Assembly: GCA_041562275.1 (NCBI GenBank)
Contig: JBFEYG010000001.1
Span: 1 to 35,615 of the forward strand
Length of the DNA: 35,615 bases
Source: Sulfurimonadaceae bacterium
GTDB lineage: Bacteria > Campylobacterota > Campylobacteria > Campylobacterales > Sulfurimonadaceae
Direction: 5' to 3'
Shown here: piece by piece, positions 19,137-26,613 of the stretch
Position numbering within the stretch: the first letter of the stretch is position 1
How the letters are laid out: every line of letters begins with the position of its first letter
The notes under the pieces: generated by a model
The model's input: the letters and a program-made list of their open reading frames with translations, nothing else
Told to the model about the DNA's origin: nothing
The model's database searches: none
Program-made: the position numbers and the translations under genes

Positions 19137-20702
19137 TCATCTTTGTTTCCCGGCAAAAAATCCGCCTGCCATATTCAGAGGAACCACTGTCGCATAAAAA
19201 AGGAACCTGTCGACAAACTCACTCACGCTCATAAGCACAATGGCAAAGCCAAGGATCAGCGGAGCTAGCGTTGAACTTACCATAACCGTGACGATCAGCG
19301 GTAAGAGGATCGCACCCAATACAAAGCTTGCTATTCGTACAAGCTGATGTCGTGCAAAGAACGTGTCATAGATGCGTTTCGTCTTTGTCAGTTCTGCTTC
19401 ATACGAGCTTGCCGTACTCAGGGTACGTCTGTCTTCGTAACTGAAAAATCCCTGGGCCAAAGCAAAGAGCAGCGCCAGACTCATCAAGGCGGAAGAGGCT
19501 TCGTGCTCGCTCTGCAGCAAAAGGGCAAAAGCAAGCAGAAACAGACCGATATACGAGACACCGAAGAACTTCAAAAGCGTACTGACACGGTTCCATGAAG
19601 GACGGGCGACTATCTGATAGATCATTCCCTGTGCGTATATACCGTATACCCCTATTCCCAGCGTCAGTGCCTCAAAAAAGACCCGCAGGTAAGCGGTGAC
19701 TTCAAAATAGTACAAGGTGACATTCAGCGACATCAGACCCGTGAACAGACCCAAGGCCAAGGCCTCACGGCTTAGCCAGGAGGTCTTGATGTTTTTCATC
19801 GCGGTCATCGCTTTTAGCGGCCGGCCCAGATGCAGGGCGGAAAGAGGAAGACCCAAGGCAGCAGGAAGCATCACGATCAGTGCCATGACCCAATCCGGGG
19901 AAGCCTTTCCGCTTATACTCAAAAGGTCACCCAGGAAAAGTCCTAAAAAAGCACCCAAGGAGATCTGCGTCAAAACCGTCATAAAGACAAGCGGCATCTC
20001 AGAATGCGAAGGCTTGAGGTGGTGTTCATCCGCAGCTCTCATCTGTTCCGGCAGATCCTCCGGAAGCGTGTAGCGTGTCGTCGAGTTAGTGACACGGGCA
20101 TCGACCAGGTGAGGCATATTCCCCTGCTTGTCTATATCTTCTGCCAGCCATTCCGTGGGCTTGAAGACCTCGATCTCGATCGCACCCGATGGACAGGCCT
20201 GAACACACGCAGGCGACTGGCCCTCGTCAAGACGCTCATGGCACATATGACACTTGGTCACGATATGGCGTTCTTCATGAAAGGTCGGTACCCCGTAAGG
20301 ACAGTTCCAGGTACAGTATTGACACCCTATACAGGAAGGATCGTCATGGATGACGATACCGGTTGCTTCTATCTTGATGTATGAGTTTGTAGGACAGCCG
20401 ATAAGGCAGGCCGGATCGATACAGTGGTTGCAGCTCATCGAATTAAAAAGCTGACTGACAGCCGGAAAGACACCCCCTTCGCTTTCGCCGACACGTCTCC
20501 ACTTGATATCGGCGGGATTATTGTTCTGCTCGTTGCAGGCTACCTCGCAGCAGCGGCATCCCACACAAGCCGTTGCATCAAAATGAAAACGGTAGTTCTC
20601 ATCTTCTTGCAGTTCAGGCAGATCGATACTGTAGTTACCGCACTGCATCCCCGTTTGCGCTTTATAGTCTATAAACTGTTCCAATGGGGTAGCCGTGCTC
20701 AT
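19137..20702 (-). CDS. Fusion of a four-cluster 4Fe-4S ferredoxin (DmsB/NrfC-like) with a DmsC-like 8-TM membrane anchor
   Basis: The N-terminal ~220 aa carries four Cys groups: CVGCRCCEVAC, CNHCIDPACLIGCP, CIGCQYCTWNCP and CHMCHERLDEGQSPACVQACP. The C-terminal ~300 aa has about eight hydrophobic helices. No signal or TAT motif. Likely start is ATG 20702 (AGGA with a 5-nt spacer); the ORF track begins one codon earlier at GTG 20705. Confidence 0.82.
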   Translation of the reverse strand: MSTATPLEQFIDYKAQTGMQCGNYSIDLPELQEDENYRFHFDATACVGCRCCEVACNEQNNNPADIKWRRVGESEGGVFPAVSQLFNSMSCNHCIDPACLIGCPTNSYIKIEATGIVIHDDPSCIGCQYCTWNCPYGVPTFHEERHIVTKCHMCHERLDEGQSPACVQACPSGAIEIEVFKPTEWLAEDIDKQGNMPHLVDARVTNSTTRYTLPEDLPEQMRAADEHHLKPSHSEMPLVFMTVLTQISLGAFLGLFLGDLLSISGKASPDWVMALIVMLPAALGLPLSALHLGRPLKAMTAMKNIKTSWLSREALALGLFTGLMSLNVTLYYFEVTAYLRVFFEALTLGIGVYGIYAQGMIYQIVARPSWNRVSTLLKFFGVSYIGLFLLAFALLLQSEHEASSALMSLALLFALAQGFFSYEDRRTLSTASSYEAELTKTKRIYDTFFARHQLVRIASFVLGAILLPLIVTVMVSSTLAPLILGFAIVLMSVSEFVDRFLFYATVVPLNMAGGFFAGKQR

Positions 20703-20775
20703 CACTGTCCTTATCTATTCACTATTGTTATACCCATAATTGTACTCAAACCAATAAGGAGCTGCCTTGTTATTT

Positions 20776-20792
20776 TGGTTATTATTTAACCA
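20776..20792. promoter_or_regulatory. Palindrome TGGTTA-N5-TAACCA in the divergent nitrate-reductase/narK control region
   Basis: Perfect 6-bp inverted arms with a 5-nt spacer in the 230-bp divergent intergenic region. The half-site TTTAACCA recurs at 20861-20868. The binding factor is unknown. Confidence 0.2.
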
Positions 20793-20932
20793 TAGCCCTA
20801 TTTTATTACCGATTTCTTGGAGCTTTCAAATGCTTGTTTTACAATCCATTATGATTATTTTTTAACCAATGCTCTGTTCTTAAGAGGTCTGTATTACCCT
20901 ACAATACTGACAAGAATTTAACAGGAGTTTAC

Positions 20933-22213
20933 ATGGCAGGACTTAAAGCATTAAAAGGTGAAGGCCACTGGCCGACGCTGTTGGCAGCTTTTTTATATTT
21001 CGATTTTAGTTTTATGGTGTGGACCATGCTCGGGCCGCTTTCTACAGAGATATCAGAAGCTCTGGCTCAGACGGGTTTCATCATGAGTGCAGGCGAGAAG
21101 GCGACCCTTCTTTCACTGCCTATACTTTCAGGAGCACTTCTTCGCATCCTGCTTGGTTTCGGCGTGGACAAGTTCGGCGCGAAAAAGACAGCTTTGATCT
21201 CACAGGCGATCGTCATCACGGCACTTTTCTTTGCTTATGTCCAAGCTGATACTATCACCTACAATCAACTCTTGGTCGTTGCACTGGGTCTTGGTTTTGC
21301 AGGGGCTTCTTTTGCCGTCGCACTTCCACAAGCGGGTCAATGGTACCCGCCAAAACTTCAGGGTGTCGTCCTGGGTATCGCAGGTGCCGGTAATATCGGT
21401 GTCGTTATCGACTTCCTTTTTGCTCCAAAGATCGCTGAGCTATGGGGTTGGGCATCTGTTTTCCTTGTCGGTGCCGTACTCTCTTCGATCATCTTTGTTA
21501 CCTACATGTTTATGGCAAAAGATGCACCTTCTGACGTCTACAAAGCAAATCCAAAGAAGCTAAAAGACTATCTCAAACTCTTAAAAGACAAAGACACATG
21601 GTGGTTTAACCTTTTCTATGCGATCTGTTTCGGCGGTTTCGTAGGCTTTGCAGGGTATATGAAAGTCTACCTGATGAACACCTATCAACCCGAGATGTCA
21701 GCGCTGGGTATGGACTGGCTTGCAGAAGAGAACGTCAAGGTCATGGCAGGTTATTTCGGTGCGCTTTGTATCTTTGCAGGTGCGATACTCCGTCCTGTCG
21801 GCGGCGCAGTCGCTGATAAGATGGGCGGTATAAAATCGCTTTATATCTTCTACGGTATGGTAGCCGCTCTGGCCGTGATCAATGCACTGATCGAACTTCC
21901 TTTCGCCGCTGCGATTGTGGTATTATTCCTTATCATGGCCAACCTGGGTATGGCAAACGGTGCAGTCTTCCAGCTGGTACCTCAACGTTTCGGCAAAGAT
22001 ATCGGTATCATGACGGGTATCATCGGTGCGGCCGGCGGTCTTGGCGGTACAGCACTTATCAAGACACTTGGCTGGTCCAAAGGTGCTTTTGACGGCTACA
22101 CTGCCGGCTTCCTGATCTTTGCTGCTGTTGTATTGGTAGCACTATCAGGAATCTCTCTGGTCAAGACACGATGGAGAACGACATGGGGTGCAGCTGCAGG
22201 CGGTAGAATATAA
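20933..22213 (+). CDS. narK: MFS nitrate/nitrite transporter (NNP family, NarK type)
   Basis: 426 aa with about 12 TM helices. Gly-rich NNP-like signatures GIAGAGNIGVV and GIIGAAGGLGG. AGGAG lies 7 nt upstream of the ATG. TACAAT at 20900-20905 is a candidate -10. Confidence 0.88.
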   Translation: MAGLKALKGEGHWPTLLAAFLYFDFSFMVWTMLGPLSTEISEALAQTGFIMSAGEKATLLSLPILSGALLRILLGFGVDKFGAKKTALISQAIVITALFFAYVQADTITYNQLLVVALGLGFAGASFAVALPQAGQWYPPKLQGVVLGIAGAGNIGVVIDFLFAPKIAELWGWASVFLVGAVLSSIIFVTYMFMAKDAPSDVYKANPKKLKDYLKLLKDKDTWWFNLFYAICFGGFVGFAGYMKVYLMNTYQPEMSALGMDWLAEENVKVMAGYFGALCIFAGAILRPVGGAVADKMGGIKSLYIFYGMVAALAVINALIELPFAAAIVVLFLIMANLGMANGAVFQLVPQRFGKDIGIMTGIIGAAGGLGGTALIKTLGWSKGAFDGYTAGFLIFAAVVLVALSGISLVKTRWRTTWGAAAGGRI

Positions 22214-22240
22214 GCGGGGCTCAGCCGCCAAAGGAAAGCG

Positions 22241-23884
22241 ATGTTAAAACTCCAATCATCCCAGTTCATTCTGCCAAAGGCCAAGGATACGACAGGCGAT
22301 GATGCCTGCGACTTTGCCATCTTGAACAACTCTCTTCTGGTCGCCGTACTCTGCGACGGTGTGGGTTCTGCACGCAAGGGCGGAGCGGCTGCCAGACAGA
22401 GCGTCAAGTTTTTCATCGACCACTTCAAGACACGTCCCAAAAACTGGGACATCACCCAAAGCCTCACACTTTTCACCCAGCACATCAACCGGCTTCTTTT
22501 CAAAGAATCCATGACCCAATACGAACAGATCGAGCTGCTGACGACGCTGTGTGTTGCCGTGATAGAAGGCGATACCCTCTATACCATGAACCTTGGTGAC
22601 TCCAGGGTCTATCTGCTTGATGACAACAGACAGATCAAACAGCTCACCCATGACCATACAATGGACGAAGAGCATCTTTCCCATGTACTCACCCAGGCCT
22701 GCGGACTTACCGACCATGTCGAACCTCTGATCTCTTCGACAAAGATCAAAAAAGGTGACACCCTGATCCTCTGCAGCGACGGTCTGACTGCCCTGATGAA
22801 CGACGATGAGATCGCAAGCCAAGTGAGCCGGGGCCTGACAGCCAAACTTATTGTCCTCGATGCCGCTATAGAGCACAAAGACAATGAACGTGACGATATC
22901 TCCATGCAGGTCTTTCGTATTGAGGAACTCGACGAGATCCATGCGCTCAAAAACAGAGATCTGCTCATTCCCCAGACGCTTAAAGCAGGTGACACATTTG
23001 ACGGATACGAACTCCTCTCTTCCATAGCGGAGCACAAACGCATCTGGAAGGTCAAAAAAGAGAGCAAGACCTTTGTCATGAAGTTTCCTATGGCTCAAGC
23101 TATTGATGACCCCCTTGCCCTGGAAGAGTTTGTCAAAGAAGCCTGGTATGCCAAACAGGTCCATCACAAGGCTTTTGGTGAAGCCTGGGTACCCCAGGAA
23201 CGTTCGGCAAGATACTACCTTATGGAACTTATCGAAGGCATCAACCTGGCCGAATATGTCAAGAACCGTCCTATTACAGTCGACTCTGCCATCGCTTTGG
23301 CCAAGTTCCTGCATAAGGCCGAAGCCCATCTTCTTCACCTTGGACTCGTTCATGGCGACATCAAACCCGAGAACATCATCGTCTACAAAAAAGAGGGCGA
23401 AGTCGGCGTCGACTTTAAGATGGTCGATTTCGGTTCCGTCGTCGAGATCTTTTCACTCAACTCCCGAGCAGGCACCCCATCCTATCTCGCTCCCGAGCGT
23501 TTCAGCGGACATGCCATCAATGAGGCGACAGAGATATTTTCCATCGGTATAACGCTTTACTGGGCACTTACGGGCAGGTTTCCATACGGGGAGATCGAAC
23601 CTTTTCAGACCCCTTCTTTCAAACAGGCAAAACTTCCAAGCCTCTATAACAAGAACATCCCGCTTTGGCTTGAATCAATTGTGATGCGTGCCATCGCTAT
23701 TGATACTAAAGAACGCTATGCCCACTACAGCGAGTTGTTCTATGAACTGAAGTCACCTGAAAAAGTAAAACCCTATTATGCATCGAACCTGACCTTTATC
23801 GAGCGTGAACCCCTTCTGTTTTACAAGATCGGATTTTTTATTTTACTTGCGACAAACGTCATCACTTTTGTATATTATAATTGA
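22241..23884 (+). CDS. Bifunctional PP2C-type protein phosphatase / Ser-Thr protein kinase with C-terminal TM anchor
   Basis: N-terminal PP2C motifs: LCDGVGS, LGDSRVY, LCSDGLT and ERDDIS. C-terminal Hanks-type kinase: FVMKF Lys, catalytic loop HGDIKPEN (23351-23374), DFG (VDFGS) and TPSYLAPE. C-terminal hydrophobic helix FFILLATNVITFVYY. It starts 27 nt after narK with an AGGAAAG SD, so it is probably co-transcribed. Confidence 0.88.
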   Translation: MLKLQSSQFILPKAKDTTGDDACDFAILNNSLLVAVLCDGVGSARKGGAAARQSVKFFIDHFKTRPKNWDITQSLTLFTQHINRLLFKESMTQYEQIELLTTLCVAVIEGDTLYTMNLGDSRVYLLDDNRQIKQLTHDHTMDEEHLSHVLTQACGLTDHVEPLISSTKIKKGDTLILCSDGLTALMNDDEIASQVSRGLTAKLIVLDAAIEHKDNERDDISMQVFRIEELDEIHALKNRDLLIPQTLKAGDTFDGYELLSSIAEHKRIWKVKKESKTFVMKFPMAQAIDDPLALEEFVKEAWYAKQVHHKAFGEAWVPQERSARYYLMELIEGINLAEYVKNRPITVDSAIALAKFLHKAEAHLLHLGLVHGDIKPENIIVYKKEGEVGVDFKMVDFGSVVEIFSLNSRAGTPSYLAPERFSGHAINEATEIFSIGITLYWALTGRFPYGEIEPFQTPSFKQAKLPSLYNKNIPLWLESIVMRAIAIDTKERYAHYSELFYELKSPEKVKPYYASNLTFIEREPLLFYKIGFFILLATNVITFVYYN

Positions 23885-24153
23885 TTGAACTCTCTGAACA
23901 AATAAGATATTCTCAGAGAGTTTTACAGGGGTAATATTGTGCAAAACTTTTTTTGAGGCTTAGCCATAGCTAAGGTGATGAAAAATTTTGTGCTAGATTA
24001 TCCCTGTAAACCCCTCCCAAAGGGCTTTAAGAGAAATACGCTACTTCTGCGTTGAAACCACTTAAAGCTATTAATAGCTCCTGCGTAGTTTCGCCTTGAA
24101 TTCGTATATTTCTCTTGAAGCTGAGAACATCTTATTTGTTCAGAGGGTTCAAT
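23884..24153. repeat. 270-bp nested inverted-repeat element (MITE-like element or Y-shaped structured RNA)
   Basis: The 33-nt terminal arms 23884-23916 and 24121-24153 pair at 31 Watson-Crick positions plus 1 G-U, with 1 mismatch. They enclose two long hairpins. Hairpin A is 23922-23952 / 23981-24010: 25 WC pairs, 3 wobbles, 2 mismatches, 1 bulge, with an apical mini-hairpin cttagc-cata-gctaag. Hairpin B is 24025-24040 / 24103-24120: 15 WC pairs, 1 wobble, a 2-nt bulge, with an apical palindrome agctattaatagct at 24066-24079. Confidence 0.8.
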
Positions 24154-24163
24154 TCGCTACAAT
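24136..24163 (+). promoter_or_regulatory. Candidate sigma70-type promoter for the 24191 gene, partly inside the right arm of the repeat element
   Basis: TTGTTC (24136-24141), a 16-nt spacer, then TACAAT (24158-24163). AAGGG SD lies 5 nt before ATG 24191. Pattern match only. Confidence 0.3.
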
Positions 24164-24190
24164 GATTCAACAAATCATCTAAGGGCACTT

Positions 24191-25507
24191 ATGTTTTCCT
24201 GGCTGTCATTTTTCAAGGCATCTCTTCCTTCAAGTAAACCCTACCATTTCGGACGTTTTATATCCTATAAAAAAACCTCTGAACAACAAGAACTGTACCA
24301 GCAGTCCAAAAAAGCTTTTTCGCAGCAGCAATACCTTGAGGGCTATGAGAACTATTTCAAATATCTATGTTTTTACGATGACAATGGATCCTGCGGGAAC
24401 ATCACCTTTACTCGGGACGATGACACCTTGAACTTTAGGATGATACAGGGATCAGCCATCGTCAAAGGCGTCATCACCCAGCGCCATCTCAAAGCAAATG
24501 TCAGCATCGCACATACGCTTAAAGACAACGTAGCCGTGATGCGGCGTCTTTTGGAAAAAAACTATATGTACACCTACAGCACTTTTTATTTTGAAAAAGA
24601 GACCCTCAAGATAAAGATATATTTCGACAATATTGCTCTCTCTCCGCAGAAAGTCTTCTTTCCCCTTCGCGAGCTCGCTATCAATGCTGACAAAGAGAAA
24701 GAGCTCTTTTTAGATGAGTTCAATGATCTCGACCCCGTAGAGCTGGATCATATCGAAGCGATGGACACAGCGCTCAAAGAGACGAAACTGCGTTTTTTCA
24801 GAGAGTGGATAGACAAGACCGAACAAAAAGTCGTCCTTATCCCTACTCAGGAGCAGTCAGGTGCCATTGCCTTTATCTGGCTTGGACTGCTTTTAAAGAT
24901 AGACTACTTCATTACACCGCGCGGCAAGATCGGCTTTGATATCTATGAAGCTATACAGGCCTACTATCTGGATGACTACAAGCTGGTGGAAGAGAAAAAC
25001 GATGCCTTGCAAAAAGCCGTGATCAAGCTCAAAGAGCTCGAGACACAGAAGCTTTCAAAAAGCCTTTACCCCATCAAGCAGACGTTTGATATCTTCACGG
25101 ACAACAGTCTTGATGAGATACGGGCCTTTATCGATGAGACCCTCTCCAAAGTGATCTGGTATAAAGAGCACCGGTACGAAGAGGCTATCATGAATATCTA
25201 CGAATACCTTGGGCTCTACATGCTCTATAACTACGGAATGAACGACTGTCTTCGCGAACTTGTGCAGTTTAATGTACGGCTCCACAATGCAGACTTTTAT
25301 TCTGCCCTGGGTGATGAGAGTCTCTACAAAAACGACAGACTCAATGCCAGCCGGATCAATAAAGAGATCATCCGAATCTTGAAGGGGTATACAGACAAAT
25401 ACCCTTATCTAGAAGATTTTTCACCGGTACTGAAATATCAAAGTGTCGAGAAATTTCACCATTCGTATTTCATTGCCCTGAAAAATCTCAATTTCAGTGA
25501 ACTGTAG
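24191..25507 (+). CDS. Hypothetical protein: N-terminal YbjN/type-III-secretion-chaperone-like module plus C-terminal helical domain
   Basis: 438 aa with no signal peptide or TM. The segment FRMIQGSAIVKGVITQRHLKANVSIAHTLKDNVAVMRRLLEKNYMYTYSTFYF...LRELAINADKEKELF follows the pattern I associate with YbjN-like domains. It aligns by eye with the C-terminus of the next gene product. Confidence 0.7.
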   Translation: MFSWLSFFKASLPSSKPYHFGRFISYKKTSEQQELYQQSKKAFSQQQYLEGYENYFKYLCFYDDNGSCGNITFTRDDDTLNFRMIQGSAIVKGVITQRHLKANVSIAHTLKDNVAVMRRLLEKNYMYTYSTFYFEKETLKIKIYFDNIALSPQKVFFPLRELAINADKEKELFLDEFNDLDPVELDHIEAMDTALKETKLRFFREWIDKTEQKVVLIPTQEQSGAIAFIWLGLLLKIDYFITPRGKIGFDIYEAIQAYYLDDYKLVEEKNDALQKAVIKLKELETQKLSKSLYPIKQTFDIFTDNSLDEIRAFIDETLSKVIWYKEHRYEEAIMNIYEYLGLYMLYNYGMNDCLRELVQFNVRLHNADFYSALGDESLYKNDRLNASRINKEIIRILKGYTDKYPYLEDFSPVLKYQSVEKFHHSYFIALKNLNFSEL

Positions 25508-25515
25508 GAGTCAAG

Positions 25516-26604
25516 ATGAACACACAAAAGATACTTGATACCTTTCAGGCATGTATCATTCAGATAGAGACGCCTCTGGCGTCAGGAAGCGGGTTTTATC
25601 TACAAGAGTACAATCTGATCATAACCAATTCCCATGTCGTCACCGGGCTGAAAAAGGTCGTCATCAGTTCAAAAGACATCAAACGGCGTGAGGCCACTGT
25701 CGTCTATGATGATCCGAAATATGACCTTGCCTTTATCACAACACCGCATATTGATGTCAAAAACGTCCTTCGTCTCTCCCAAAAAGCCGTCCATGACGGA
25801 GACAAAGTCGTCGCAATCGGGCACCCTTACGGATTGAACTATTCTGCAACCGAAGGTATCGTATCCAAGGCGGCCCGGCTTCAGGGTGAGCTTGAGTATA
25901 TACAGATCGATGCCGCGATCAACCCCGGTAACAGCGGAGGACCTTTGCTCAACGAGGAGGGAGAGGTCGTAGGTGTCAATACCTTCATCATCCAAAACTC
26001 AAATAATCTCGGCTTTGCCCTTCCTTTTTCCTATGTACTTGAAGCACTCGATGCCTTTGAAAAGCTTGGAAAACATGACATCATCCGATGTTCATCCTGT
26101 CTGAACCTCGTTCAAGAGATAGATATCAAAGATGACTATTGTCCGGAATGCGGGATCAAGATCGATGTCGCCAAAAAACGGCGTGAGGGTTATATACCCG
26201 TCGGTACGGTAAAAACACTCGAAGAGATACTTCATGGAATGGGAAAAGACGTTGCATTGGCACGGCGAGGGCAAAGGATGTGGCAGATCGATGTCGGGAG
26301 TGCGCGTATAGAGATCTCTTATTATGACAATGGCATCATCGTGGCAGATGCTTCTTTATGTCGGCTTCCCCATGAGAATATCAAAGAGATCTACCGTTTT
26401 ATGCTGGAAGAGAACACCAAGATGGACTATCTTCAATTCTCCATCAACGACAACTCAATTATGCTCTCCTACATCATCGTAGACAGCTCCTTGGAAGTCA
26501 AAAGCGGTTCTGTCGCACTTGGCCGCCTCTTGTCCAAGTCAGACAGCTATGACAACATCCTCATCAAAGAGTATGGGGCGAGCATCATCAAAAGAGATGA
26601 CTAG
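25516..26604 (+). CDS. Cytoplasmic trypsin-like serine protease (S1 fold) fused to a Zn-ribbon and a YbjN-like C-terminal module
   Basis: Catalytic triad is intact: H40 (TNSHVV), D70 (YDLAFI), S140 (NPGNSGGPL). No signal peptide and no PDZ domain. CxxC-x13-CxxC Zn-ribbon (CSSCLNLVQEIDIKDDYCPEC, 26089-26151). C-terminal segment WQIDVGSARIEISYYDNGIIVADASLCRLPHENIKEIYRFMLEENTKMDYLQFSI. AGGAG SD; the start is 8 nt after the upstream stop. Confidence 0.85.
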   Translation: MNTQKILDTFQACIIQIETPLASGSGFYLQEYNLIITNSHVVTGLKKVVISSKDIKRREATVVYDDPKYDLAFITTPHIDVKNVLRLSQKAVHDGDKVVAIGHPYGLNYSATEGIVSKAARLQGELEYIQIDAAINPGNSGGPLLNEEGEVVGVNTFIIQNSNNLGFALPFSYVLEALDAFEKLGKHDIIRCSSCLNLVQEIDIKDDYCPECGIKIDVAKKRREGYIPVGTVKTLEEILHGMGKDVALARRGQRMWQIDVGSARIEISYYDNGIIVADASLCRLPHENIKEIYRFMLEENTKMDYLQFSINDNSIMLSYIIVDSSLEVKSGSVALGRLLSKSDSYDNILIKEYGASIIKRDD

Positions 26605-26613
26605 GGAAAGTCC

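Noticed and set aside
22256-23353. 365-aa ORF on the - strand
   Set aside because: Antisense shadow of the PP2C/kinase gene, which has clear catalytic motifs on the + strand. It has no recognisable features.
23978-24055. 25-codon ORF (MKNFVLDYPCKPLPKGFKRNTLLLR) inside the nested repeat element, with AAGG just upstream
   Set aside because: The SD-to-ATG spacing is only 2-3 nt. The ORF runs through stem regions of the element and has no supporting features. It is more likely a by-product of the palindromic sequence. Worth revisiting only if ribosome profiling shows occupancy.
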